A stretch of 64,000 bases of DNA from the human T2T-CHM13v2.0 reference genome, Homo sapiens, in assembly GCF_009914755.1 (NCBI RefSeq), contig NC_060931.1. The stretch is one strand, 5' to 3'. Below the pieces are notes generated by a model. It was not told where the DNA came from and ran no database searches. It saw only the letters and a list, made by a program, of their open reading frames with translations. Below, piece after piece: positions 14,448-28,524 of this stretch; positions within the stretch are counted from its first letter, which is position 1, and each line of letters opens with the position of its first letter. Both the position numbers and the translations under genes were made by a program.

Positions 14448-17400
14448 ATTTGGTTTGCCAATTGAGGTAACAACACACGAGAGTTTCTGACCACAATTTA
14501 AAAGTATTTTCCCATGCAAACTCCACATAGGTGAATGGAAATTGAACTCCATACCTTCTTTGTGTATGCCAGAAAAATATCAAGTGAAAAAGTCACATAC
14601 GGGTATCAGAGAATCATAAAAATACACTCATGAGAGAAGTCGAAGTTGATAAATACTTCCTAGAATTCAAAACTTTATCAAAGCAAGATTATGCAAAAGC
14701 AGAAGAGGGAGATGTATTTTGAAAATAGGGTAAGTGAAAGTTTCATTGTTAGAGGCTAACGTTGTTATAGCAAAGCAAATACTCTTTTTACTTTATGTTA
14801 TTTTATTCTTCGGTGGGTGAAGAGGATGTTGGAATTCTGGGTTCCTTGTTGCTATGTAGTAAGTATGGACAAAAGCCATGAAATGCAAAAATGATTAGCA
14901 TTTCCCCCTTAGTGATTTACCGGAAATATAAAAATCAGTGCATTTTTGTTTATGCAAGCTACAGGTTTTCAGTTTTGGTTCTAAATAAATAACGCCAAAA
15001 GCAAAGTGAATCAGATTCCTTGAAGTCCGGGGTGCCGTTAGGCATTCTGAAAATCTTGCCTATACAAGCTGTTGTGGGGACAGTTCTTCAGTAGCAGGGC
15101 CTCCATTTCTCAAGCCCCAGTGAAATGAATTTTAGAAGCAAACAAGTAGCACCCTCTGCTGGTGAGCTTTTAAACCAACCAACCCAACAAATGAGACCTG
15201 TATATTAACGTGGCTGAAAATACAGTTAGCGAGGGGGAAAGAAAGAAAAGAAAAAGAAAATACAAAATTAGAAAAGCCTGTGAGAGTTCACCTAGTCTAT
15301 CCTTGGGCCTCCAGACAAGAACAGGAAGATCGTTAAAAAACATCCTCACCACCCAACCAAAACATTTGTTTGACTTAATTTGCTGCCAGAGGTATTTGCA
15401 GAGCTGTAGCTGGAGGCATGTTTATTTAGCCCAAAACTTGACCCATAGCATAAAGTTATACAACTGAAATAGGAGAAGGAGTGAATTATTTTTTAAAATG
15501 TGTACTTAAGATATTGGAAGTGGTAAAGAAATATTTACAAGGGAAGATAAATTAAGGATGAAAAGGCATCAGCTCTAAAGTTTTAAACTGGAGCACATCA
15601 AAAGGAAAAGGCTGTACATTCCATTTTATTACTGCAAGGAGAGCTTGGGAGCCCTCATTATGCTGTGGTCCAAGCAGCAGGAAAGGGGGAATTTATTTCT
15701 CAGCTATTGGCAGAAGTTCTTTCTGTTTTGTTCACAAGATCCATCAAGCTTTTTTGTGGTGAAGGGCATTTACATGGTTCAGATTACAATACAGAACCCA
15801 AAGCTAGCTACCATAGTTCTTGACATTTAAGCAATCCTGGATGGATTTGGACAGAAAAACCTTTCAATTTGGGTTCAGCAAACTGCCCCTCACCACAGGC
15901 GATGATGCCTTGACCCTTGGCTGCCGGCAGTCACCCGGCTGCCCGGCCATCGAGGGTGCTGGTGCTCACTTTCACCTGCTGTGGGGAGGTGGTTGGCAGG
16001 AGAGCTGCGTGGAGCAGTGGACAGTTGGCACTGAGGTTCTACCATGCGGCAGATGTGGGTTGGCTCCACTGTGGGGTTTGAGCCATGGCAATGTTTTCAT
16101 GAAAACTGCGCCTTTCAGCGGCAGGAAACAACTACGGAATTTTATGACACAATGAGGCTCTTGGGTGGCTAACATTTGAAGCTCTGGCATATATAACATC
16201 CACTTTGGCTTGCTGTTGCCCACAATGTAAGAAGGCATGCTGATTATTTTTTGTCATTGTTTGACTGTGGACAGTTTAATGATAATCAAACTAATGATCT
16301 CAGAGCATTGATTTGTTCTGCCTCTAATGGATTCTAGTGCATTCAAGTTCTTACACATTCCCATTTTACTTTTGAAAATGAAGGGGAAGGCACTTTGGAT
16401 TTGCCCAAGCTTAAGCATCCTTTCTGTACTGTGCACCGTAATGAACATTCTCATCATAGTAAGTATTAATTTTTGATCATAATGATCTGTTATGAGAAAC
16501 ACTCCAGACAGTGATATAAATAAGCAAGATTTAAGTATAAATTCTCCATGAATACTGTTCTTTCAACAAGGTTAGACCTTCCTTCTCTGCAGGGAAAGAA
16601 GGCCAAGAATGGCCAACACTGACTTGGAGAAGGATACCTTTGCCCCAATATATTTGAAACACATAATTTTATTCCCAAGTAGCAAGAAAGGAAAACGAAA
16701 TTATGGTCCCCTCCAAGGCTGCCTCTCTGTTGCCTATTATGAACCCATTTCTGTACCAACCATGAGGTCCTGGGCTTAGGGAGCCAGTCTTTTGCATCTT
16801 TATTATAGTGAGTGAGTGCATGGCTTATCCTGAGTACCCAAGAAATGCTGTTGAACGACAAAGATAATGCCAGACATCTCTAGAAACACCAAGTTCACTA
16901 TGTTCCCCCTGGGGGAATGAGAATTTCTTAATCTGCTGGAAAGTTGCAAGCCACACTGGAGGAAGGAGGAGGAAATTTCTACAACCTGGTACATAATCAT
17001 AGTTTGTTTTGATAGTCACCTGGTATCTTGTGGTCAAGGTTTAATCTCTACTCAGGCCCAGTAGCAAACCAAGACATCTCTCTCAAAGGGAGAGTAATGC
17101 AATAAAGAGGCCACATTATTATTCTAAAATCTAAGCACTTCTTCTGAGACTCACCTCTTAGGGACATTTGTTTGATTTGCCATAGACACTTGGGGCACCA
17201 TTGGGTCAGCTGGACCATAATTTCCAAGTAGTATAGCCATTTGAAAGAAAAACTTTCAAACCACTGGGTAAATGGATTGAATAAATAGGTGCAAATGTTG
17301 AACATGTTGCCTGCAAAACCCAGAATGACCCACTAAGCATTTCGACTCTTAATATTAGAGAATTAAGGTATTCACATATACTTTGGAGTTTACCAGATGA

Positions 17401-18370
17401 CTAGACCAATAGAGACTTTCTTAAGGTAGCGAGTACTTATGTTTTCAAAGATTTTTCCTCCATCCTCTGGCCTACATAATGTCTTAACTAGGTCTTAAAG
17501 ATACCAGCTACAGCTTCCTCTCCAGGTCCTGCTGACATGATGCTCCATGTTGAAGGTGAGATTGACAAGGGCTACAGATAGAGAACTGGCTCAGCCCTGA
17601 GGTAGGATGATGAAGATGCAAAGAGAAAGGCTGCAGGTCTTTGGCTGTCAAGCAAGGCTTAGTGTAGAACATGGTTTGGAGGTACTCCCAGGCCTCCGTA
17701 TTCTTACCTACATTCAATTTCCCATTATTTCCTGATCATTGCTGTCACTTTCACATAAGTCACCTGGTGACACTAGCAATTCCACAGACCTTATTCAGAA
17801 ACCCACAGAATTTAAACTTTGCATTTGACTTTGACATTTTTGTAGATACTTATCACAAGCAGAGAAAGTCCATGGGTCTATGCCTAGATCTAAAATATAG
17901 AGACTTCAACCTGTCATCTATTTCTTAGAGCTGTCCAGTCCCATTAGAAGTATCCACCTCATCCTAGTGTCTTTAAATTCTTCATGCCACTCACACTATT
18001 CAATAGCAGTGAAAATTTGATCCCCTAAATCCTTCTTTTCAACGGACACTTCATTAAAGATCACCATAGAAGAAAAATTATGTAGCTATTTGTTACAGCT
18101 GACAGATTCCCATTCCTGAACTCTTACTGAATTTTTATTTTCTTTAGCATCAGCTATGGCAGATAACCAACATCAGCTTCCCACGTGACTATCTCCTGAT
18201 GGTAGTTTCTGTACCAGACTGAGTTTGTGGTTGCTGACAATAGAAACTAACTCTAATTAAGTTTAAACAGAAAAAAAGGTTTGTTGAGAAGATATGAGAT
18301 ACTTGATAGAATTGACAAAAGAAAAAAAAGCCAGAGCATTAGGTTTGAAATAAAAAGTAAATTAGGTAGC

Positions 18371-18764
18371 TGCTATCGACTGGATTGTGTATCCCCACAA
18401 TTCATATATTGAAGGCTTAACCCCTAATACGACTATGTTTGTAAATAGGGTTTTTAGGAGGTAATTAAGGTTAAATGAAGTCATAAGGGTAGGATCTCTA
18501 ATTGGTGGCCTTATTAGAAAAAGAAGAGAGAGAGAGAGAGAGATCTTTCTCCCTGTGTGTGTGTTCACCGAGGAAAGGCCATGTGAGGACACAGCAAGAA
18601 GGCAGCTGTCTGCGAGCCAGAAAGAGAGCTTTCACCAGAAAATGAACTGGCTGGCACCTTGATCTTGGACTTCCCAGCTTCCAGAACTGTGAGAAAATAA
18701 ATTGTCCTTGTTTAAGCCACCCAGTTTATGCTATTTTTCATGGCAGCCTGAGCAGACTAAGACA
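18371..18764 (+). mobile_element. MLT1A/MLT1A0 solo LTR, apparently nested in an older MLT1-type LTR (~18205-19020)
   Basis: TGCTAT..GGAGGTAATTAAGGTTAAATGA..GGCACCTTGATCTTGGACTTCCCAGC..GACTAAGACA. TSD GTAGC/GCAGC. Internal (GA)n run. Confidence 0.88.
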
Positions 18765-20599
18765 GCAGCTAACACAGCAAGATCATACCAGTTAACCTTC
18801 CTGGTTAGAAGACCTGAGCCTCCTGACTTCCGGTCACTGGATACTCTCTGTTAGGCTCATGATTTAAACTCTGTAGTCACTGCTGGCTTGGAAACCTCTA
18901 ACTCTCTCTGCCTCTTGACAGTGTTCCCTCAAGGGAGTCCATTAGCCAGGACTAGGTTACATGCCCCTGTGTTAGCTGTGAGGGACAAGGCAGAGAAATA
19001 ACTGCCCAAGTTCAGCTTCCCATAATGTTTGGGGATGCTATGACTCAACTTTGATCTATTTTTATATCCTTCCTTTTAGAACAATGGGTGTTTGGATGCT
19101 AAGTGGCCAAGAATATATATTGGAAAAATGCCCACTTTGGTGTAAGAAAAAGAAAAAAAAGGGAGGTAAAGAGAAAAATAATATTTATTATGTGTTCAGC
19201 ACACTCATATACATTATTACGCTTGCAGCATTGCTAGAATTTACTCACCTTATAAATCAGAGGTGCCGAGAGAATGCAGTTCCTTTATTTTATCTGCAGC
19301 CATTTATAATACCACTAGTTGACATGGAGAAAATATACAAAATAAACAACTTTAGTTCACTCTCATCTTTTAAACCGTCCCTGTTAGTATGTTCCATTAA
19401 TCTTGGGTAGAAATGCCCAAATTCATAGAGTCCCCCTCTCATCTGCATCTCTCTCTGAGATCATGGTCAATTGTAGAGGGAAGAAAGATGAGGTTTACAT
19501 GATCTAATGGCCTTGGTGGAGATAGGGAGGATGAGGGACTCTGGCCTTGTGCTAGTCCCTGGCAGCATGCTGGCTGACATCTGTTGCCCTCTGGCATGAT
19601 GTCCTTTGTCCACCTGGGCACTGGCACCCTGTGTTAGAGTGTGTAGCTGGTGAACTTGTGATTTGTTCTTTTGGCTTAGTTTGGCAATGTTCCTAGGGAG
19701 CATTGGCTATCTCTCTTTTGATGATTTAGTCTCCTCTCAGCTGTCATGGTCTCCAGACCTTGAGTTGATGCCTTGTCCTTTCTCCATCCTAGAGGTCTAC
19801 CTTCAGCCCATGCCATGCCTTTATCCACCACAGCAGATCTCTTGGCATACTGACTCTCGCTTTGGTGCCCATGCCTCAGAATATTTAAGGGAGATCCTCA
19901 CCTGTTCTTTTCTCAGTCTTATCATGCCAGTCACCCCCAGGGAGGCTCAGATGCCTATGGTGAATAAGATCTATTGCATGGTGGTCTCTTTTCAGATTCC
20001 CAAAAAAGGAGTGTGGTTCAAGAACCCTGTGCTCATTCCTCCTCTTAGTTTAACACTCCACCTCTCCTAATGCTTCCCCCAGAAAGTGAAAATCCAGATA
20101 TATCTGAAACTTTGTCTCTTCTTCCGAAATGCTCCTATCTGGAAATAAATTCCCCTGTTTAACTTCCTTCAATTTATATCTTCATTCTACCATGGAGTCT
20201 CAAGGTTTTACTGTTCTGGACAGAAGGAGTGATCTTGGTAGTTATTGATATTTTAAATGGTAAGGAAAAAAACTGGAATATCCTTTCTCCCTCAATTAAA
20301 CTTGGCTCTCAAACTACAGTGGGATTACAAAATTCAATGTTTTGAGATGGAAGCTGAGTTTTACCTTAGCTGTTTTATTTTCATTCTATATCAAATTCTA
20401 ATCTCTCTACTGGCAAAAAAAATGCCCTAGGTACACTAGGGTGAATATCATTACATTCACAAAGACAAACAGAAAAGCATATTAATAATTTTCAAATATA
20501 AGCCCCGCTACACACAAAAATTGTTTTTGCCTACCTCTCATAATCAATGACACAGTCAAGAAATAGCAGAACTAAATAATATTACAAGGCATAGCAAAC

Positions 20600-23230
20600 C
20601 TTTAATTCCCTGGAGAGTAACAACTGATATGTTGACTTACTTAAGAAACATCTAAGGTTCCACTTCCAGCATAAAGTAGACACAAGAGATAGAGCACATG
20701 GGGCATGTGAGATGGTCCATGAATCTACTTCCCAGTAAAATTGGTAAAAATGATAACAACAACAAAACCGCACAACTATTTAAAATATCTGGGAGCAGTC
20801 CTAATAGCATATAGCAAGTAAAAAAAAGAAAAAAAGAAAAACATTTATCTAATAAAACTAATCACAACTTGGTAAAAACAGGAAGATTCTATGGTATTTG
20901 AACCATACTCCATTCCCTCCTTGCCCCCAATTCAGCTTTAAGGAAATTACTTCAGGTGGATGCAGCAGAAAACACAGGGCTACCTCTCCTGCCAGCTCCC
21001 ACTTGGAGAGCTATTGTATCTTCCTGGAAGAGGCAAGATATTAGCATTTCTCATACTGCCCCAGCTACTTGTTTCAGAAGATAAGTTCCAAGCAAGTGTG
21101 AGTACAAGGTGGGGACTCCCTTTTTTCAGCCCAACACTAACTTGAGGGATGGAGATTTTACCTTGGCTTCAACATGCTGAGAACATGGGACCCCAACTGT
21201 CTTCTCCATGGCTCATGTGTAAAGCAGAGGTTTCATGGTGGGAAAAGCAAGCTAAGTAGACCAGAAGCAATAGCAGTACCCTACTCTCCCACACAGCCAG
21301 CTGCTAAAGCAAGGGTGTCACTCAGAAAGAAGTGTGCCATTGTCCCCTCCCCCAGCTCCAGAATCTTGGTGCAAAGATTTTGACCAGGGAGAGAGGCAAG
21401 TCAAAATCAGAGAGCTCAGAATGTCTTCTCAAAAGAGCTAACATGATTTTCAATGTTCAAGCCTAAGGGCATCCTCAAAACAATCAAGATAGTGGTGTAA
21501 AGCAATTAAGAAAAGACTGGTAGATGTGCTAAATGTGTAGACAAGCTGAAACATAGCTAGCTTACCAGACAGAACCAGGAAAACAGACAGCTAAGAAGAG
21601 CCCTTCTGGGATCACAACACATCTCAAAAACTGGTCTCAAAAACTGTAAATTAAATTCAGGCTTATTTCAACCTGTGGAGAAAATTGTGCCCCAGGGCAG
21701 TGTTGAAAACTATAGAGCAACAATTATGGAACTCAATGGCAGCAATTAGTGAAACTGAGCAGTTGAAGTGATCAGAGAAAGGAACTGCTAAATGGACTAC
21801 AAAAACCTGTTACCGCAGGATAACTATGCACATGCCCAAGGCTGCGCCCTTCCAGGACCAGTATGAGAGGATTCACACTGTGGGAGGACAGGGGAGAACA
21901 GATTTCACCAAAATAGCCCAACCAATCACTAAACAAATAAGCAAGCAAATAACAATAACAAACCTGGGGGTTGGGGGGACTGGTATCCAGTGCTGCTACA
22001 ATATATTATCAAAGTCAATTTCTTAAAAAAAGAAATTTGAGGCAAAGAAACCAGAAAGTCTGACCCCTACACAGGCAGGGAAGCAGGCAACAGAAACTGC
22101 CTGTGAGGGCAACTAGATGGATTTAACAAAGACTTCAGAGTTGTGTATGTGTGTATGTGTTTTTTCAAAGAACTAAAAGAAACCATACTAATGAAGTAAA
22201 TGAAAGTATGATTACTATATTTCACCAAATAGAGAATGTCAACACAGAGCTAGAAATTTTTTGGAAAAAAAAAGAATCAAATGTAAATTCTAGAGTTCAG
22301 TACAAAAACTGAAGTGAAAAATTCATTAAAGGCACATAAACAAACATTGAACTAATAGAAGAAAAGAATTAGCAAACTTCAAGATAGATTGATAGGGAGT
22401 ATGCAGTCTGAAGATGAGAAAGGATAAACAATGAAGAAAAACTAAGAGATCCTCAGAGAAATGTGGGATACCATTAAGCAAATCAGCCTACCTGTAACAG
22501 GAATGCCAGAAGGATAGATCAAAGAAAAAGGAGTAGAAAATACTCAAATAAATAATGGAATAAAATTTCTCAAATTTGATGAAAAACTTTAACTATAAAC
22601 CTAAGAGGCTCTAAACTCCAAGTAAGATTAAAGCAAATAGTTCCATAGACACAGCATAGTACAAATGCTGAAACCCAAAGACAAGGAAAATATCCTGAAA
22701 GCAGCAAGAGAAAATGAATTTTCACTTACAAGAGAACCTCAATAAGATAAACTGCTGACTTCTTATCAGAAATAATGATGACCAGAAGACAGTGGTGTGG
22801 TGTATTCCTAGTGCCCAAAGAAAAGAAGAAAAAAAAAAAAAACAACTATCAATCAAGAATCACTACCCAGCAAAGCTATCTTTTAAAAATGAAGGTAAAG
22901 TAAAAACATTCACAGATAATCATTGAGATAATTTGTAGTCACAGACCCACCTTACAAGAAATATAAAAGAAAGTTATTCAGACTGAAAGTGACTGACCCC
23001 AGAGAGTAATTCAAATCTATAGGGAAAAACAAAGAGCACAAGTAGAGGTAGCTATGTAACTATAAAAGATAGTATACATAAATATTTCTTTTTTCTTTTC
23101 CTTCTCTTAACTTATTTAAATAGCAGTGATATAAAACACTATACCAATAATTGTATTATTCAGCCTATAACTTATAGAAAGGTAATATATTTTCTAATAA
23201 CAGGACAAAGAAGGTGAGTGGCAGCACTTT
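20600..23230 (+). mobile_element. Old L1M 5'UTR plus decayed ORF1
   Basis: ORF1-like remnants at 22100-23000 (CCTCAGAGAAATGTGGGATACCATTAAG, CCTGAAAGCAGCAAGAGAAAA, GCTGACTTCTTATCAGAAA, TTTTAAAAATGAAGG). Boundaries approximate. Confidence 0.75.
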
Positions 23231-24516
23231 GTTATTTACAGAAATTCTCCATTGTTCTTTTTTTTTGCTGAAATCCTGTAGTCTATAGTAACTAGCATTA
23301 AAACTCTTAAATGAAAAAGAGTCTTATATTTTGGGGATAGTAGAGAAGTGAAGAAGAAGTAATTATGGGGAGAGGAACAGCAAAAGTAAAGTAAGTGATA
23401 AAATAATCAAAGAGTAAAAAGTCATGCTTAGCTCTTGTGGCATAAAGCAAGAAAGAAAGTCATAACAAATAACTAGTCAAAGACACGGAAATGAGGGCAG
23501 GAGAGCTCTGTGTGGCCTCCATACATTTTAGACAGTTAAGGGTCAAAATCTGGGCTATCTAGTTGAAGGCATTAGAAATTCAACCATATGACCTAGGCTT
23601 CATGGGGGGTACATTAAGAGAGGAATGCCTACTTCCCTTTTTCTGGTATCCAGAAAGAGCAAGCTTCCCTCAAACTTCTAACTTGTATGCCTTTCTTTTC
23701 TCCTCCTAATAGAGAGAGAATTGTAGGAAGGTAATTGTCCAACATTTTTTGATTGGATGTAACTAACTTATCAATGGTTCTAAGCATGAAGAATTTGGTC
23801 TATTTATACTAACGTTCTCCCCAGACCAGTTAGAGTTACGTGTTTGCTCTGCCATGTAGGAGCTGTTCCAAGGTCTAGAATCTGCATGGAAGAAGTAGTA
23901 AGTCCAGTTTTACTTTTACAGTAACTTATAATTGTCAGCCTATTCCTTATTACTAGTAATGATGATAGTTTGGCCTTTATTTGTTTTATTCCTGTTCTTA
24001 TTTTTCAATTAATTCAGAACTTGGACAGGAAAAAGTGGTACTATTTCAAAACCCCGACACCTTGGTACATTGCCTGGAAATCTAACCCAGTCCTCCCACA
24101 TGGTAAGAGAGAATTCCACCAACCGAACACACTTCCTGTCCACATCTGATGTTTCTTCCAATGTGAAGTCCGTTCGTGGAATACTCTTAGCTTCTTGCCA
24201 CCCCTTTACCACTCCACTCTACCCTGCATACTCCACCCCCAGAGGAGGTGGAATGATTTATCCAATTGGTAGGTTTGGATAAACGACCCGGGCAGTTTCA
24301 GGCCATCTCCAGTTTTTTTCCTGGGGGAGCCAGCATACCTGTAGGGGTTACAAGTTACTTTCTTCTCCTTTGTGCCATGAGTCATACTCAAGTCACATGC
24401 AAGAGGGGATGCCTGTCAGGTCCAGCCTTACCTGTGAGAGAGTGGGTAAGTCTGCCTATTTCAGGAAATCAATTAGTAGATCCATTTGGCTTTCTTCATA
24501 ACCTACATCTTCTTAC

Positions 24517-24779
24517 TTTTTTTTTTTTTTTTTTTTTGAGACAGAATCTTGCTCTGTCACCCAGGCTGGAGTACAGTGACGTGTTCTCAGCTCACTGCAA
24601 CCTCCGCCTCCTGAGTTCAACCGATTCTCCTGCCTCAGCCTCCCGAGTAGCTGGGATTACAGGTGCACACCACCGTGCCCAGCTAATTTTTGTATTTTTA
24701 GTAGAGATGGGGTTTCACCATATTGGCCAGGCTGGTCTCAAACTCCTGACCCTCACGATCCGCCCATCTCAGCCTCCCA
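24517..24779 (-). mobile_element. Alu (AluS), missing ~35 nt at the 5' end
   Basis: Poly(T) then GAGACAGAATCTTGCTCTG..; homology stops at CAGCCTCCCA. Degenerate TSD TAACCTACATCTT/TAACTTGCATTTT. Confidence 0.93.
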
Positions 24780-27700
24780 TAACTTGCATTTTCACTCGTT
24801 CGTTATCAACAATGAAAATGTTATTTTGGCCTCCCTCCATTTTTTTATCTTTCCCTAATTTCTCATTTGGATGCTATTTATTTAGTCCTCTTAAGAATCT
24901 CAAACAGTAGAAGGAAAATTATGTCACGATGTCAGTTCTGAAGAAATCAAAGTACTGAAGATAATGTTAATGACCATAGGTAATTACACAAGAAAGAGTA
25001 ACTTAGGCAGAAGGGAGAGGGTTATATTCTAGGAACAAGGAAATAGCCCATTTGTAGAAGTGGATTACAGGGTCAGAGTGGAAGCAGCAATAGAGTCACC
25101 TTGATGCTGAGCCCTGAAATCCTTCCAATTCTCTATGAATGTGTGTCAATGCTGAGCCTGTGTGTGAAGGTACTAACTGTGTAGGTTTGTGAGGGAAGAG
25201 AGCCAGGAAGCTTGCTATACTTGATGACTTATTTGAAAAGGAAAAAGAAAAAAAAAGTAAAACCTGGTCACTATTACCATAAAGCCATAGCATGAAATAA
25301 GATTTTCTGTAAAATTGTTAGCACAGCATTCCAGTTTTGATAACACTTCAGATGATTTTGTTGCAGTAAAATATATCAGACTGAAAACCTTTCCTTTGCC
25401 TAAAGGAAGGTAGTTCTTGGACTATTTGGGAACAAATGATCTCTTTCAATAGCTCAAAACTTGTAGTGTGACATTTGTTTTCTTGTGATCAATAGAGCAA
25501 GTGTTCATTTTCACCATGAGGGTGGCATACTGGAGGCTCAAGCTAATTATTTTTCTGGTAATGGGAAATAAGATTGAGCCGATGGCTCAAAGCAAGTGAG
25601 AATAACTTTTGATTCCCTCTGCCTGATTATTCTCTAGTGTCATATGGCAGCCCCTGGCAGCCCATTCACATTTCCTGATTAAGTAAGCAGTTTGAGTCAG
25701 GCATATGGTCATGCATCAGATAGTTCTCTGGATAATATTAGTTCCAAGGTAAGAAAGAAAATATGGTTAAATGTGTATGAGTTTATAATTTATTTACTGT
25801 TCACAGGGGTGGGATTTGCCTTGCACATTGCTACCCTCATAGCTTCCATTTGTTTGATATATGCTCTGGCTGAGGACACCATATTCATATGTATTTTTTT
25901 TATCTTCAGCAGAACCATTTAAAATTTCCTTCCTTTCCTATTTCCTTCAGTATGTTCTCTATTTCCAAAACCATCTTCTTTCCCTGGAGCAACCATTTTC
26001 TTTTGTTTAGGATCACAAATTTCACATCTCCTGTCAATCTTTTTGTCAAGAGGATATTGTGAAGATAAAATGACAAAATGGTTGGAAAAAATGCTTTTCT
26101 TTGAACTATTATTTCAATAATAGGTATTGTTTTGCTGCCGAAGACTGAGAAAAGTTTTATGGATACCAATTTTCCCCTCATAAAGTAGATCAAGACAATG
26201 TTCTTGCCAAAACCGGGTACTTCTTAGTCATGTTGAGCTTTGGGAGGTGTCTATTTTCTCCAGAAGAAGAGGACAAAGAGATGCACCATATTTCTTAAAG
26301 TCCTGGATAGGAAGTTTGAGCATCTGTTTCCCTCTATCCATAGTTCATTCACAGTGGTAACTTCAGCAGTCATCCAGCAGAACTATATAGTGTCCCCATC
26401 ATCTTCAGGTGCTCTGAATAAGTAGTGATTTGGGCTGCTAGAAAGATCCTTGGGTGGGCTGGCAGTAACACATCTTCCAGTAATCATTACTAGAAGTGTC
26501 AGCCTAGGTAAATTCATGTTCATCTGGGACCATTTTCTCTTACTTTGCTTAAATTTAACCCAGATCTTAAGATCCAAGTGTTATATTGAACATTGGTGAG
26601 GTACAGCGAAATTTGAAGAGGTGGGAAAAAGTTTTCCTTTCCACCCTTACAGAGACAACACGCTGAGGAAATAGGACTCTCCCTTCGTCTATTTAGGTAA
26701 TCCTTGGCTTGGCATATTTGGGTAAGAAAATGAAAGGTTTGCCTACATAGTTGAAATCTCTCGTCACATTATATCATCTGAAGCCTATTTGTACGTTGGG
26801 ATCATTTTATTTGGTTTTGGTTAGGCATAAAAGTGTTCTGTGGTCTCCTCTTTTTTCAAGGCCTTCTGGCTTTTGGAAAATTGAGTGATTTCATCCCTGT
26901 CCGGGTTTCCTAGTGAAATCTTGTATTTTTACTCAAATTACTTGATCAATTAGTTATGTCAGCTGCCCAAAATGTGCCTTTTTATTAATAGCACCTTTTA
27001 TCAACTCATTGGAATTAGAAATTGCAACCATGGTTTGAGGCTGGTAACATCTTGCAATAATTTATAAATATTACTTTTTAAAAAGACCTCACAATTGCTC
27101 ATTTGTGAACTTTTTGGATGTGTCCCTGTGTGAGAAATTGCATTTGTATTATTATTAGTTCTGACAAACTGGATTAGATCTTGGCTATTGTTAAGTGGTT
27201 CTATCTGCCCTCAAATCTACTGAGAGACACAGCATTTTAAATGAATTTAATTAAAACGGCATGTGGTTTATAGAGCTGCCTCCAGTTAGTATGCCATTCT
27301 TCTTGACTGAATAGAGTTTCTACTAATGTATAATGATGTTTTATGTGAGAGATGTTTGAAACTCCTTCATAGTAGCCCCGAGGTAGTTTCCGTGGAATGA
27401 CATGGTGGTGAAATTTTAAAATTCTAAAAAACCTTTTATACTTAAGTGAGTCATGTTTACACTAACTAATGTATGCATAAATGTGTTAAATATGTTTGTT
27501 GAAGCTGTGAGAGACATGGATTGTATTTCAACACCAGCAATATGTTGGCAGTGAGAGATTTTTAAGAAATTCAAATCTGGGAGCAGTTTGGAAGATCTGA
27601 GAAAAGATATATGGATACCAATAATATGTATTATTCTTTGAAGTATGAAAAAAGACCACTGTGGAACTTCCTCTTAAAATCAGTTCCTTTGGTCAACTAG

Positions 27701-28219
27701 TTTTAATGGTTCTCCCCTAAGGAATAAGAATTATACATAAAGACGATTCTCAGCATCAGTTTAAAACAAAGTCTTGGAAAATATCAATGATAGAAGTTTA
27801 TGTTTTTTTAATGAAGATTTTTTGCATTTTTGAATATTTTAAAAGAATAAATTGTTCAATAAAACTTTATAGAGGGAGTCAATGAAGCCATTTGACTGAA
27901 TAGACTCAAATTCTGGTTCTGGAAATTGATCTTTGATGATAATGATAGGATAACTGCAGGGAAGTCGTCTTGACCCATTTTCCTCCACAGTCAGTCTTCT
28001 GAAATGACACTACTGAGAAATGCAGTCTTTACATCATCTTCATTAAGTACACAACAAAATGTCTGGCAATGTTGTAGACTCCAGCGGGACATGGTTAGAG
28101 AAGAAGTGGTTCAGCAGAAGGGAGTAAGCTCCAGGTAAACATGCAGCACAAATGAGGAAGAATTTCCAGGACATGGAAACTAACGGGTAAGAGAGATGAG
28201 CTCAGATTGGAGGAGCTCA

Positions 28220-28358
28220 CCTCAGCCTCTCAAAATGCTAGGATTACAGACATGAACCACTATGCCTGGCCCTTCATTTTTTTTTTTTTCTAAGAGACAG
28301 AGTCTTGCTGTGTTGCCCAGACTGGAGTCCAGTGGCATGATCATAGCTCACTGTAGCC
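28220..28358 (-). repeat. Chimeric Alu fragment, a copy of the Alu-Alu junction at 29298-29432
   Basis: Shares non-consensus bases and the spacer (CTCTCAAA, ACAGACATGA, CCCTTCATTTT, CTAAGAGAC, GAGTCCAGTGG) with 29298-29432. Confidence 0.85.
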
Positions 28359-28524
28359 TTCCAGTGAGCAAGGAAGGAAACAATGAACTTTCCATGGGAA
28401 GAGAGTTGAAATAAAGGAAGGTCATGAGAAACTCAGGCTGTGATTTCTTGAGAGGAAGTCAATGAAATGAACTACAGGCATGAACAATGAAGAAAAGTTA
28501 AAAGGATAATAGAGACAACAGCTT

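Noticed and set aside
24266-24910. Longest ORF in the track (214 aa)
   Set aside because: Its core is the typical antisense-Alu translation ([18 protein letters not shown]..). No evidence that it is coding.
25574-25590. Palindrome TTGAGCC-GAT-GGCTCAA
   Set aside because: 7-bp arms are expected by chance in 64 kb and there is no supporting context.
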